Shown: positions 49,852 to 60,198 of the stretch, piece by piece
How the letters are laid out: every line of letters begins with the position of its first letter
Position numbering within the stretch: position 1 is the first letter of the stretch
From: Spirochaetia bacterium
Lineage (GTDB): Bacteria; Spirochaetota; Spirochaetia; DSM-2461
DNA length: 64,000 nt
Direction: 5' to 3'
Assembly (NCBI GenBank): GCA_963668315.1
Contig: OY764216.1
Coordinates: 896,001 to 960,000, forward strand
Translations under genes and position numbers: made by a program
Notes under the pieces: model-generated
What the model was told of the DNA's origin: nothing
The model's input: the letters and a program-made list of their open reading frames with translations, nothing else
Database searches by the model: none

Positions 49852-50880
49852 ATGAAAGAACTGACGTGGGAAAGCGGAACATTCTCCTTTGAGGGCGCCC
49901 TATCCGTAGAACGGGGAGACGGCTGGGTCTGTCCCTGGAGAATCGATTGGGCAAGAAGGGATTTTTTCCCCTATCTCAAGGACGACGGCCGGCCCCAGGG
50001 GAGCGCCCCTCCCGCCCGGCAGTGTTCGGGCGTCAGGCTGACCTTTGCCTTTGACGGGGAATTTCTGGCCCTTGATATTGCCGACCCGGAGAGTGATCTT
50101 GTTCTGGATCTCTATATCAACTCCCAATTCAGGGAAAGCGTCACCTCCTGCCCGGGGGACCGTCCGGTTCGTTTCGCGCCTCTGGAGCCGGGCTTGAAGC
50201 AGGTGGAAATCTGGCTGGACCAGAGGCATGCTTTTCTTTTGAGAAGCCTGAAAGTCGATGAAGGGGCCCATGTTTCGCTCATTCCCCCTGCCCGAAAGCG
50301 GTGGATCCATTACGGCAGTTCCATAAGTCATGCCCGTCAGGCCGATTCTCCCTCCCATACCTGGGCTTCCCGTGCCGCCCGGCGCATGGATCTTCATCTG
50401 ACTAACCTGGGGTTCGCCTCCCATTGCGTCATGGAACCGATGGTCGCCCGGCTGATTCGGGACCTTCCCGCCGATTATATAACTCTCAAGCTGGGGATCA
50501 ATACCTACGAAGGACCCCTTTCCCGGCGGACTTTTCAGTCCAGTGTCATAGGAATGGTGCAGATTATCCGGGAAAAGCATCCCGATACACCCCTGGCCCT
50601 TATCTCTCCCGTCATAAGCCCGTCCCGGGAGTCGGAAAGGGGCTGGGCGGAAGGGCTCTCTCTCAGGGAGATGAGGGAATGCCTCAAGGAAACGGCGGAG
50701 ATATGCAGAGCCTATGGAGACCGCCGTATCTGTTATGTCGACGGTTTGCGCCTTTTCGGTGCAGAGGATCTGGAGATGCAGCCCGACGGGGTTCATCCCG
50801 ATTCCAGAGCGCAGCCGATAATGGCCGACCGGTTTATCGAACTGGTCTTCGGAGAGGGGTTTTCGCAGCTGTCGGAATAA
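49852..50880 (+). CDS. SGNH/GDSL hydrolase (esterase)
   Basis: YGSSISH, NLGF, LGIN and DGVHP blocks. Confidence 0.85.
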   Translation: MKELTWESGTFSFEGALSVERGDGWVCPWRIDWARRDFFPYLKDDGRPQGSAPPARQCSGVRLTFAFDGEFLALDIADPESDLVLDLYINSQFRESVTSCPGDRPVRFAPLEPGLKQVEIWLDQRHAFLLRSLKVDEGAHVSLIPPARKRWIHYGSSISHARQADSPSHTWASRAARRMDLHLTNLGFASHCVMEPMVARLIRDLPADYITLKLGINTYEGPLSRRTFQSSVIGMVQIIREKHPDTPLALISPVISPSRESERGWAEGLSLREMRECLKETAEICRAYGDRRICYVDGLRLFGAEDLEMQPDGVHPDSRAQPIMADRFIELVFGEGFSQLSE

Positions 50881-50908
50881 ATTGACACAGGGTAAATTAA
50901 TTTGACCC

Positions 50909-50937
50909 TTTACAGTTGCATGCAATTATTATATACT
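50909..50937 (+). promoter_or_regulatory. Sigma70 promoter with a palindrome in its spacer
   Basis: TTTACA-17-TATACT, with TTGCATGCAA at 50916-50925. Confidence 0.6.
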
Positions 50938-50967
50938 TGCCCCATCTTTCGCAGGGAAGGGATGATT

Positions 50968-52161
50968 ATGGAGAAAGTAAGAATCGGCCTGGTCGGCCTT
51001 AACGGTTTTGCTCAGGTTCATCTGAGAAGTATAGATAATTGTATCGCAGCGGGACTGGCGTCTCTGGATGCCGTAGTCGTCCGTCCGGCGAGCCGGAACA
51101 ACGATAATTTCAAGGCCGTCGAACCCCGGGGGCTGAGGGTTTACGATACCCTGGATGAAATGCTGGAAGCCGAACAGGGAAAGCTGGATCTTATCGCCAT
51201 TCCCACTGGAATCGATTCCCACGCCCCTTTCTCCGTCGCCGCGCTCAACAAGGGCTTCGACGTTATGTGTGAGAAACCCGCCGCCGGTACCATGGAAGAT
51301 GTAAACGACATGCTCGAGGCGCAGAGGGAAACGGGGAAAACTCTGGTTATCGGTTTTCAGAACCTATTCACACCCACCGTTCAGAGGGTTAAAGAGATTC
51401 GTCTTGACGGAACCCTCGGAGAGCTGAAAGAGGCGAGGACGAAGGTGTCCTGGCCGCGGGATTCCAAGTATTACAGCCGGAACAGCTGGTCGGGAAAACT
51501 GTATATGGAGGGAAAGCCCATCCTTGATTCGCCCCTTCAGAATGCCACGGCCCATTTTCTGCAGAATATGCTGTACGTCGCGGGAAGCACGAAAGAGAGC
51601 GGTGTGACTCCGGTGAGCATCTACGGCGAGAACTATCACGCCCAGCCCATCGAATCGGCCGATACCCAGTATATCCGCATAGAGACGGAGGAAGGCCCGG
51701 TCATTCAGATGTCCTCCACCCATGCCTGCAAGGAGCTCCACGAGCCTGAGACCGATTACCTCTTTGAAAAGGGACGTATCCATTGGGAAAGGGAGACCTG
51801 CGAAGTCTTCCGTTACGAAGACGAGAAAGAGGTCTCCATCGAAAAACTGGATAATTACGATATGGATGTGCAGAAAAGGGTCTTCTGGAATGTCTGCCAG
51901 GATCTTCCCGCCGGAAGAACTCCTGCCTGTACGATCGAGAACTCCTGGCAGCAGGTCCTTTGCATCATCAAGCTGTTTGAATCCTCCGATGTCACCGGAA
52001 TCCCGGCGGACTATTATGAAATAGAGGAGAAGGACGGCGGAGAGAACTATCATGTTCCCGGTATCGAGAAGATGCAGGATGACATGTTCGCCAGGGGAAT
52101 AGGTTTTGCCGAGGCCGGAGCAGCCTGGGGCAAAGCGGGAAAAAAGGTTATCGCCGGCTAG
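50968..52161 (+). CDS. Gfo/Idh/MocA oxidoreductase
   Basis: IGLVGLNGFA Rossmann start, CEKP and NATAH; start may be 50962. Confidence 0.88.
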   Translation: MEKVRIGLVGLNGFAQVHLRSIDNCIAAGLASLDAVVVRPASRNNDNFKAVEPRGLRVYDTLDEMLEAEQGKLDLIAIPTGIDSHAPFSVAALNKGFDVMCEKPAAGTMEDVNDMLEAQRETGKTLVIGFQNLFTPTVQRVKEIRLDGTLGELKEARTKVSWPRDSKYYSRNSWSGKLYMEGKPILDSPLQNATAHFLQNMLYVAGSTKESGVTPVSIYGENYHAQPIESADTQYIRIETEEGPVIQMSSTHACKELHEPETDYLFEKGRIHWERETCEVFRYEDEKEVSIEKLDNYDMDVQKRVFWNVCQDLPAGRTPACTIENSWQQVLCIIKLFESSDVTGIPADYYEIEEKDGGENYHVPGIEKMQDDMFARGIGFAEAGAAWGKAGKKVIAG

Positions 52162-52187
52162 CCGGATAAACCATTTATATCTTTTTT

Positions 52188-52221
52188 AAGGCTGTCCGAG
52201 TGGTTGCGGGCAGCCTTTTTT
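52188..52221 (+). terminator. Rho-independent terminator
   Basis: AAGGCTGTCCG...CGGGCAGCCTT followed by a T-run. Confidence 0.7.
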
Positions 52222-52237
52222 GTCAGGATGAAAGCCC

Positions 52238-53092
52238 ATGAAGATGTATCATGTTTACAACAGCAAACCGGCGGACGATGAGCTCAATATTCTTTTTGCC
52301 GGCAGTCAGCAGTGCTCCCCCTGTTATAGTTTCAAGGGAAGAAGGGACCATTACATCATTCATTACGTGGTTGAGGGAAGCGGACAGCTTTACATAAATA
52401 ACAAGAAGCATCAGCTGAAAAGGGGGTGCTCCTTTATTATCTCACCCATGCAGAGGAACAAATATCAGGCGTCTTCCCGAAGTCCCTGGAAATACCGCTG
52501 GATAGGTTTTTCCGGAGAACGGGTGAGGGGAATGCTTAAATCTGTCGGCATAAGCGAGAAGGAGTGCATCTTCAGGCAGCCGTTTTCGGAGGAGATGGAG
52601 GCTTGTTACCAGGAGATGTTTGAACTTCTTGAGAGCAAGGAATCGGGCTATCATATCCGTATTACGAGCCTTTTTCTGCAGATAATCTGGATGCTTCAAA
52701 GGGAAAAGAAGACACTTCCCTCCCTTAACGGCAAGAGTGTCAATTATGTCCGCACAAGTGTTGATTTTATTGAAAGAAACTATTACCAGAAGATTTCCGT
52801 TGAGAATATTGCGCAGTTTCTGGGTATTAACAGATCCTACTTTTCCCACCTTTTCCATAAGGAAATAGGGGTTTCCGTGCAGGAATATTTGATCGGTTTT
52901 CGTATGGAAAAGGCTAAGGAATACCTAATCTCCAGTGCCTATCTTGTTGAAGAAATCGCCCAGTCCGTGGGTTATCAGAACTATAATACCTTTTCCAAGA
53001 GCTTCAGGAAGCTGACCGGTTATTCCCCAACGGAATACAGAAATAAATTTACCGTGAGATTAGACAATTATTACTATGACGAAGAAGAGTGA
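52238..53092 (+). CDS. AraC family regulator (MsmR/MelR-like)
   Basis: HYIIHYVVEGSG, PWKYRWIGF and a C-terminal HTH; upstream of the alpha-galactoside cluster. Confidence 0.9.
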   Translation: MKMYHVYNSKPADDELNILFAGSQQCSPCYSFKGRRDHYIIHYVVEGSGQLYINNKKHQLKRGCSFIISPMQRNKYQASSRSPWKYRWIGFSGERVRGMLKSVGISEKECIFRQPFSEEMEACYQEMFELLESKESGYHIRITSLFLQIIWMLQREKKTLPSLNGKSVNYVRTSVDFIERNYYQKISVENIAQFLGINRSYFSHLFHKEIGVSVQEYLIGFRMEKAKEYLISSAYLVEEIAQSVGYQNYNTFSKSFRKLTGYSPTEYRNKFTVRLDNYYYDEEE

Positions 53093-53462
53093 CGAGAGGG
53101 TTGTTCTATCATATCTGTAAAATCGATAGGCATCTTGGCCGTATGTCATAATGTTGGATTATTTGATATATCTTTCATAAAATTAGTTATAAATGTTAGT
53201 TGCCTTTCTATAAGACATATTTGCTCCTATCCGATAAAAAGACCTTCCACAATTCTGTTTGTATTTCCCTAAATAATTCACATGGAATGAAATAAATTGA
53301 CGATAGACAATATTGTCATATTGTTTGTTTCACTCGGGATATCAGGGAATCGGCATTTTTTTATGATCCATCCTGAGCTTGCGTCCTGCCGGAAAAAGAG
53401 TTACCATTTTTGAAAAAATCAAGGTTTTCCAGAAGGCTTTCTGGGGAATAAGGAAGGATGAA

Positions 53463-54770
53463 ATGATAAAAATCAAAGGTCATATGAAGACGGCGGTTAC
53501 TGTACTGTTTGCCGTTTCTCTGCTGTTTCTGTCGAGCTGTTCCAAGGATAAGGCAGCCTCTTCCGCAGGCGGCAAGGACGGGACTACATCTCTTACTTTG
53601 CTAGGATGGGAGATATATCAGAAGGCCGGAATGGTCGCATTGGCTGATAAATATGAGGAGACCCATCCCAACGTGGATATCACCGTTGATATCTCGACCT
53701 GGGGCGAGTACTGGACAAAGCTTGAAGCCATGGCCAATACAAACAGTCTTCCCGACATCTTCTGGATGCATACCAATGAATTTTCCCGTTATGCAGAAGC
53801 AGGGCTTCTTGCAGATCTTACCGATCTTTACGCCGATGTGGAGGATAATTATTACTACAAGCATTTCCCCGACAATCTTGTACTGAATGCCACCTACGAG
53901 GGACGGATCTACGGGGTTCCCAAGGACTGGGACACAATCGGCCTTGCCTACAATAAAGATATTTTCGATGAAGCCGGCGTCGCCTATCCCGATGACACCT
54001 GGACATGGGACACCCTCAAGGAAGTTTCCGATACCATAATGGAAAGGACCGGCAAGTACGGAATGATGGCGCCCCTCAATGAGCAGGAAGGGTTTCTCAA
54101 TCTTATCTACCAGACCGGCGGATACTATCTGAACGATGACAAAACGAAATCCGGATTCCGTGATCCCGGTACCATCAAGGGATTGGGGGAGTGGATCAGC
54201 TGGAACACGGAGAATACCTTCTCTCCCAGCCAGGCCGAACTCTCCGAACTTGGTCAGTTTGAGAGATTTTTCGCCGGAACGGGAGCCATGCTCTATATGG
54301 GAAGCTGGGGCATCAATAACCTCTATATCAATTATCCCGACCTGAACTGGGATATTGCCGTTCTTCCCAAATGCCCCGATCCCGTAGCGGGTGACGGAAG
54401 AGCCAGTATCTATAACGGCTTGAGTTACGCCACCGGTTCGGGCAATAAAAATCTTGATGTCGTCAAGGACGTCCTGAAATTCCTTGGTACGAAGGAAGCG
54501 GCCATCATTCATGGTGAAAATGGAGCGGCTATCCCCGCCTATAACGGCACCGGTGATTCCTGGATCAATAATTACGAGGGTAAGAACGTGAAAGCCTTCG
54601 TGGAAATGATGGATTACGGTGTCCAGTTCCCCTATTCCAAGACAAAAAATGAATGGTACCCGAAAATGGAGAGTTTGATCCTCGATGTCTACAACGGCAC
54701 GAAAACTCTTGATGAATGCACTCTGGAGTGTCAGAAAATCGTGGACGGTTATCTGGCTACAGAGAATTAA
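53463..54770 (+). CDS. Sugar ABC solute-binding lipoprotein
   Basis: LFLSSC lipobox, LPDIF, YNKDIFD and WTWD. Confidence 0.9.
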   Translation: MIKIKGHMKTAVTVLFAVSLLFLSSCSKDKAASSAGGKDGTTSLTLLGWEIYQKAGMVALADKYEETHPNVDITVDISTWGEYWTKLEAMANTNSLPDIFWMHTNEFSRYAEAGLLADLTDLYADVEDNYYYKHFPDNLVLNATYEGRIYGVPKDWDTIGLAYNKDIFDEAGVAYPDDTWTWDTLKEVSDTIMERTGKYGMMAPLNEQEGFLNLIYQTGGYYLNDDKTKSGFRDPGTIKGLGEWISWNTENTFSPSQAELSELGQFERFFAGTGAMLYMGSWGINNLYINYPDLNWDIAVLPKCPDPVAGDGRASIYNGLSYATGSGNKNLDVVKDVLKFLGTKEAAIIHGENGAAIPAYNGTGDSWINNYEGKNVKAFVEMMDYGVQFPYSKTKNEWYPKMESLILDVYNGTKTLDECTLECQKIVDGYLATEN

Positions 54771-54797
54771 GGTGGTACAGGTCGGGGAGATAGGGTT

Positions 54798-55727
54798 ATG
54801 CAAAAGCAAGGAATGAAAGCCAAATTAAGCAATGGGCAGTACAAACAGTCGCTAATTGATTCTTTGGCGGGACTTGGAATGATCGCTCCGACCATAATTG
54901 GATTGATTATCCTGAATATTTACCCCTTCCTGAGGACCGTCTGGATGAGTTTTCATAAATCCGGGTCCTTTGGAAAGTGGACTTTTATCGGCATGAAGAA
55001 TTACGCCGATATGTTCTCTTCCTCTGATTTTTGGAGGTATACGGGAAACACGATGATGTTCGCCCTGTTCACGGTTCCTCTGACGATCATGATCGCCATG
55101 TTCATCGCCGTCTTGCTGAATCAGAAGATAGGAGGTAAAGCTATCTTCCGGGGAATCTATTTTCTGCCCATGGTGGTAGCTCCCGCAGCTATCGCCATGG
55201 TATGGAAGTGGATGCTCAATACCGAATTCGGCATTGTGAATATCATTCTGGGCTATCTGGGTGTGGCGACGAAAGTTAACTGGATCACGAATCCGAATAC
55301 CGTTCTTTTCGCCTGTTCCGTCGTCACCATCTGGAGCAGCATCGGCTATGACGCCATTTTGCTTCTTTCCGGTCTTCAGTCCATTCCCACCACCTATTAT
55401 GAGGCGGCAACAATAGACGGAGCCTCTCCGGTAAGAAAATTTTTCTCTATTACCCTCCCCATGGTTTCTCCCACAATGTTCTTCGTTGTGATAATGAGGA
55501 TTATGGCGGCCATTAAAATCTTCGATGTCATCTATATGATGGTCGAGCAGACGAATCCGGCCATAAAGAATGCGAAGAGCCTTATGTACTACTTCTACAG
55601 GGAGTCTTTTGTTATGAATAACAAAGGCTACGGTTCGGCTCTGGCGCTTTGGATGGTTCTGATCATCGCCCTGGTTACTTATGTGCAGTTTCTTGGTCAG
55701 AAGAAATGGGTCAACTACGACGTTTGA
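54798..55727 (+). CDS. Sugar ABC permease
   Basis: YEAATIDGA EAA motif. Confidence 0.92.
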   Translation: MQKQGMKAKLSNGQYKQSLIDSLAGLGMIAPTIIGLIILNIYPFLRTVWMSFHKSGSFGKWTFIGMKNYADMFSSSDFWRYTGNTMMFALFTVPLTIMIAMFIAVLLNQKIGGKAIFRGIYFLPMVVAPAAIAMVWKWMLNTEFGIVNIILGYLGVATKVNWITNPNTVLFACSVVTIWSSIGYDAILLLSGLQSIPTTYYEAATIDGASPVRKFFSITLPMVSPTMFFVVIMRIMAAIKIFDVIYMMVEQTNPAIKNAKSLMYYFYRESFVMNNKGYGSALALWMVLIIALVTYVQFLGQKKWVNYDV

Positions 55728-55744
55728 CAGGCGGGGATAGATAA

Positions 55745-56572
55745 ATGAAACAAAATACAAAGATTAATACCATAGCGTACGCATTACTGATATTCGGAAG
55801 TGTCATAATGATCTTTCCTTTTATCTGGATGCTCTTCACCAGCTTCAAAACGGTTCCCGAAACAACTCTGATCCCTCCGCAGCTGTTTCCTGACAGTTTC
55901 GCCAACTTTTCCGCCTACAAACAGGCCACAACAAGTCTGCCCTTTCTGAATTTGTACTATAATACGATTTCCATGATCTTGTTCAGAATCATATGCGCGG
56001 CTGTGTTTTCCTCCCTGGCGGCTTACGCCTTTGCTAAGATCAATTTTCCCTTGAAGAATCTTTTCTTCGCCATCGTGATCTCCCAGCTGATGTTTCCGCC
56101 CCAGATATATATTATCCCCCAGTACGAGATGATAGCGAAGATGGGAAGAGCCGATTCTATCTTTGCGCTTGTTTTTCCGGGACTGGTAAGTGCTTTCGGA
56201 ACGTTTTTCCTGAGGCAGGCTCACATGGGGATACCTAATGATCTGATTGAGGCGACGAGGATTGACGGATGCGGGCATCTTAAGACTTTCTGGGTGATCG
56301 CCGTGCCGCTTACCAAGACACCCCTTGCCGCTCTATCGGTTTTTACCGCTTTGTTTGCCTACGGCGATCTCATGTGGCCGCTCATCGTAAACACGAAAAC
56401 GGAGATGTTGACTCTGGCTTCCGGGCTTTCAACCCTCAAGGGGCAGTTTGCCGTTAATTATCCGAACCTTATGGCCGGTTCCGTGCTGGCGATGATTCCC
56501 ATGATAATTATTTATTTGATATTCCAGAAACAGTTTATTGAGGGAATTGCCTTGACCGGAACAAAATCATAG
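55745..56572 (+). CDS. Sugar ABC permease
   Basis: IEATRIDG and FQKQFIEG. Confidence 0.92.
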   Translation: MKQNTKINTIAYALLIFGSVIMIFPFIWMLFTSFKTVPETTLIPPQLFPDSFANFSAYKQATTSLPFLNLYYNTISMILFRIICAAVFSSLAAYAFAKINFPLKNLFFAIVISQLMFPPQIYIIPQYEMIAKMGRADSIFALVFPGLVSAFGTFFLRQAHMGIPNDLIEATRIDGCGHLKTFWVIAVPLTKTPLAALSVFTALFAYGDLMWPLIVNTKTEMLTLASGLSTLKGQFAVNYPNLMAGSVLAMIPMIIIYLIFQKQFIEGIALTGTKS

Positions 56573-56607
56573 TTTCTAAAATACGTCACTTTCACGAGGA
56601 GAATAGC

Positions 56608-58083
56608 ATGGAAAAAAAGATCAAAATAGCCTTCATAGGCGCGGGCAGTCTGGTATTTGCCAGAACGCTTTTCACGGATATCATATCGGTCCCCGAACTA
56701 CAGGACTGCGATATCTCTTTCACCGATATCAACAAGGGTAACCTGGAAAAGGTGAAGGACCTGTGCCAGCGCGATCTGGATGCCGCCGGGATCGGGATAA
56801 AAATTCAGACGTCCACTGACAGGAGAGAGGCTTTTGCCGGGGCCAAATACATCATCAACCTTGTAAGAATCGGCGGTCTGGAAGCCTTCGAGACCGATAT
56901 CGATATACCCCTGAAGTACGGCGTCGACCAGTGCGTGGGCGATACGCTCTGCACCGGCGGTATCATGTACGGGCAGAGGGTCATCAACGAGATGCTGAAT
57001 TTCTGCAAGGACATCAGAGAGGTCGCCGCCCCGGACGCTCTCCTTTTGAATTATTCCAACCCCAACGCCATGGCCACCTGGGCCTGCAACAAATACGGCA
57101 AAGTCAACACCATCGGCCTGTGCCACGGCGAGATCCACGGGGAGCACCAGATTGCCGAAGTGTTGGATATTCCCCACGAAGAGCTGGATATCATCTGCGC
57201 CGGCATCAATCACCAGACCTGGTACACATCGGTGAAGCACAAGGGTGAGGATATGCTGGGCAAGCTGCTCGCCGGCTTCGAGGCCCATGAGAAATTCAGC
57301 GAGGAGGAGAAGGTCCGCATCGATATTCTCAAGCGATTCGGCTACTACTCCACCGAATCGAACGGGCACCTCTCCGAGTACGTGGCCTGGTACAGGAAAC
57401 GTCCCGATGAGATCGAGCAGTGGATCAATCTGGACAGCTGGATCAACGGGGAGACCGGCGGCTACCTGAGAGTCACTCGGGAGGAGCGTAACTGGTTTGA
57501 TACGGAGTATCCCAAGCTTCTCGAAGAGCCCTGCAAGAAGTTCGACGGCAGCGACCGGGGAAAGGAGCACTGCTCCTACATCATCGAGTCTCTGGAAACG
57601 GGCCGCCCCTACCGGGGGCACTTCAACGTGATGAACGAAGGATGCATCACCAATCTTCCCGCCGAATCGGTGGTGGAAGTGCCCTGTTACGTGGACGGCA
57701 ACGGAATCTCCGTTCCCCGGGTGGGCGACTTGCCCCTGGGATGCGCGGCGGTCTGTTCCCAGTCCATCTGGGTACAGAAACTGGCCGTGGAAGCCGCTGT
57801 GGCGGGAGACGAGACGCTTTTGAAGCAGGCGGCTCTGATGGATCCCCTGACCGGGGCGGTCTGCAATCCCCCGGAAGTCTGGCAGATGATCGACGAGATG
57901 CTTATCGCCCAGGAGAAGTGGCTGCCCCAGTACGGCAAGGCTATTGAAGCGGCGAAGGCGCGGTTCGCGAAGGGCGGTCTGATTAAGACCAACGAAGGCT
58001 ACCGGGGCGCCGTCCGCATCAAGGACAAGACCATCGAGGAGATCTCCAAAGAGAGGGAGAGCCGCACCATAACGGCGGAATAG
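56608..58083 (+). CDS. melA: GH4 alpha-galactosidase
   Basis: IGAGS, QCVGDT, NYSNP, GLCH, GINHQ and TESNGHLSEY. Confidence 0.9.
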   Translation: MEKKIKIAFIGAGSLVFARTLFTDIISVPELQDCDISFTDINKGNLEKVKDLCQRDLDAAGIGIKIQTSTDRREAFAGAKYIINLVRIGGLEAFETDIDIPLKYGVDQCVGDTLCTGGIMYGQRVINEMLNFCKDIREVAAPDALLLNYSNPNAMATWACNKYGKVNTIGLCHGEIHGEHQIAEVLDIPHEELDIICAGINHQTWYTSVKHKGEDMLGKLLAGFEAHEKFSEEEKVRIDILKRFGYYSTESNGHLSEYVAWYRKRPDEIEQWINLDSWINGETGGYLRVTREERNWFDTEYPKLLEEPCKKFDGSDRGKEHCSYIIESLETGRPYRGHFNVMNEGCITNLPAESVVEVPCYVDGNGISVPRVGDLPLGCAAVCSQSIWVQKLAVEAAVAGDETLLKQAALMDPLTGAVCNPPEVWQMIDEMLIAQEKWLPQYGKAIEAAKARFAKGGLIKTNEGYRGAVRIKDKTIEEISKERESRTITAE

Positions 58084-58087
58084 GACT

Positions 58088-58981
58088 CTATGCGGGGACC
58101 GGCCGGTTTATCGCGGAGAGCTCTTTCGTCATCTGACGGAACTCCCGGGGTGAATGGCCGGTCGTCTTTCTAAACTGCCGGCTGAAGTAATTGCTGTCCC
58201 CGAAACCGCAGAGGGCGGCAATCTCTCCGATGGGGGCGTCGGTGTTCATCAGCTGGGCCTTGGCCGCCTGGACACGCAGGCTCAAAAGGTACTGCACCGG
58301 GGACATTCCATAGAGGGAAAGGAAGAGCCTCTGGAACTGCCGGAGGGAGATATTCGCTTTCTCCGCGATCTCCGGAACGCGAATATCCCGGGTGAAATTC
58401 TCCTCCATATAGGCCAGCCCGTGACCGAGCCGGGCGGTGGTGTCGTCGGAAATGTGCTTGGGATGTTCATAGCTCCTGGTGATCGTCACGGCCAGATCGA
58501 GAAAGCTGGACTTGAGCTTGGCCTGATACCCGGGACGCCTGTTATCATACTCGTCGGTCATGCTCTCCAGAAGCTTCCGGCATTTCACCAGTTCCGCGGC
58601 GGAGAGCTGATGGCAGTTTATCTGTTTTTTCGGTCCCGATTCATGCTCCATGACAAAGAGGTACTGGAAGCCGGGGAGGGCTCTCAGATCGCCCAGAAAC
58701 GTCAGCATATCTTCACCAAACATAATCACGTTAACGATTTCCAGATCCTTGTTGTCAAAATACCCATGCTCGTCCTTGGGTTTGACCACGAAGGTCGTGC
58801 CCGGTGAAATCCGGTGGGACATGCCGTTCAGCCGGTGGGTCCCCGTGCCTCCCAGAACGATGACCAGTTCGCTGAAGTCATGCTTGTGCAGGGGGTAATC
58901 TCCCTTCATGCAGGATCTGGTAAGACCCAGGGGAGATTGGGAATCGTTGATTATATCCCGGTACATCCAGGTGTGGTTCAT
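58088..58981 (-). CDS. AraC family regulator (RhaR/RhaS-like)
   Basis: HKHDFSELV; CGFGDSNYFSRQF. Confidence 0.9.
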   Translation of the reverse strand: MNHTWMYRDIINDSQSPLGLTRSCMKGDYPLHKHDFSELVIVLGGTGTHRLNGMSHRISPGTTFVVKPKDEHGYFDNKDLEIVNVIMFGEDMLTFLGDLRALPGFQYLFVMEHESGPKKQINCHQLSAAELVKCRKLLESMTDEYDNRRPGYQAKLKSSFLDLAVTITRSYEHPKHISDDTTARLGHGLAYMEENFTRDIRVPEIAEKANISLRQFQRLFLSLYGMSPVQYLLSLRVQAAKAQLMNTDAPIGEIAALCGFGDSNYFSRQFRKTTGHSPREFRQMTKELSAINRPVPA

Positions 58982-59124
58982 GTCGTAATTATGCTAAAAT
59001 ATGACTTAAAATGCAAGGAAAATTACCGTAGGATAGGCCACAATAAGGGAAATTCCAAAGTCGGGGCGAGACAGACCGGTGCAGATCGGCTTAAAGGGCT
59101 TCGTCCTTTGTCAGGAGAAAAACG

Positions 59125-60198
59125 ATGAATATGACCTGGAGATGGTTCGGCGAAGGGAATGACAGTATTTCCCTTGAGCAGATAAAGCAGATTCCCGGAG
59201 TGGAGGGAATCGTATGGTCTCTCCATGATATTCCCGCCGGAGAAGACTGGCCGGAAGAGAGGATCGAAGAGGTCCTCGGGCAGATCAGAAAGCTCGGATT
59301 CAACGGGGACGTGGTGGAAAGCGTAAATATTCACGACGCCATTAAAATCGGCCTTCCCGAGAGAGATAAATACATCGATAACTACATTTCGACGATCAGG
59401 AAGCTCGGCAAAGCCGGCGTCAAAGTTATCTGTTACAACTTCATGCCCGTATTCGACTGGGTCAGAACCGATCTCTACAGGAAAGCCGAGGACGGCTCCA
59501 ACGCTCTTTTTTACGAGAAGGCTCTGGCCGAGAGGGATCCGAAGGAACTGATTAAGGACGTTCTGGGCGGGGCCAAGGATTTCACCCTGCCCGGGTGGGA
59601 ACCGGAAAGACTGGCTTCCATCGAGAATCTTTTCGCCGCCTACAAAGAGGTGGATGAGGAGAAGCTGACGGAAAACTGCAAGTATTTCCTGGAAAGGATC
59701 ATTCCCGCCTGCGAGGAGTTCGGCGTGAGAATGGCCGTACATCCCGACGATCCGCCCTGGCCCATCTACGGGCTTCCACGGATCGTGCGGAGCGCCGATC
59801 ATATCCGCCGCTATCTGAGCCTGGTCGACAGCCCCAGCAACGGCCTGACCTTCTGCACCGGTTCCCTCGGAGCCAACGGGGATAACGACCTTCTTGCCAT
59901 GGCAGAGGAATTTCACGACCGCATCGCCTTCGTTCATCTTCGGAACCTGAAGAGAAACGACAAGGGCGATTTTATAGAATCGAGCCATAAAACATCCGAC
60001 GGTGATGTTGATATGGCCGGATTAATGGAATTGTTCCACAGAAATGGTTACAATGGATATATTAGACCCGATCACGGACGTCATATCTGGGGTGAAGAAT
60101 CAGAATGCCGTCCCGGGTACGGGCTGTATGACAGAGCGCTGGGAGTGATGTATCTCCAGGGGCTCTGGGATGCCTACGCACAGGGAGATAAGAAATGA
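59125..60198 (+). CDS. uxuA: Mannonate dehydratase
   Basis: TWRWFG, CYNFMPVFDW, HPDDPP and RPDHGR...PGYGLYDRALG. Confidence 0.96.
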   Translation: MNMTWRWFGEGNDSISLEQIKQIPGVEGIVWSLHDIPAGEDWPEERIEEVLGQIRKLGFNGDVVESVNIHDAIKIGLPERDKYIDNYISTIRKLGKAGVKVICYNFMPVFDWVRTDLYRKAEDGSNALFYEKALAERDPKELIKDVLGGAKDFTLPGWEPERLASIENLFAAYKEVDEEKLTENCKYFLERIIPACEEFGVRMAVHPDDPPWPIYGLPRIVRSADHIRRYLSLVDSPSNGLTFCTGSLGANGDNDLLAMAEEFHDRIAFVHLRNLKRNDKGDFIESSHKTSDGDVDMAGLMELFHRNGYNGYIRPDHGRHIWGEESECRPGYGLYDRALGVMYLQGLWDAYAQGDKK

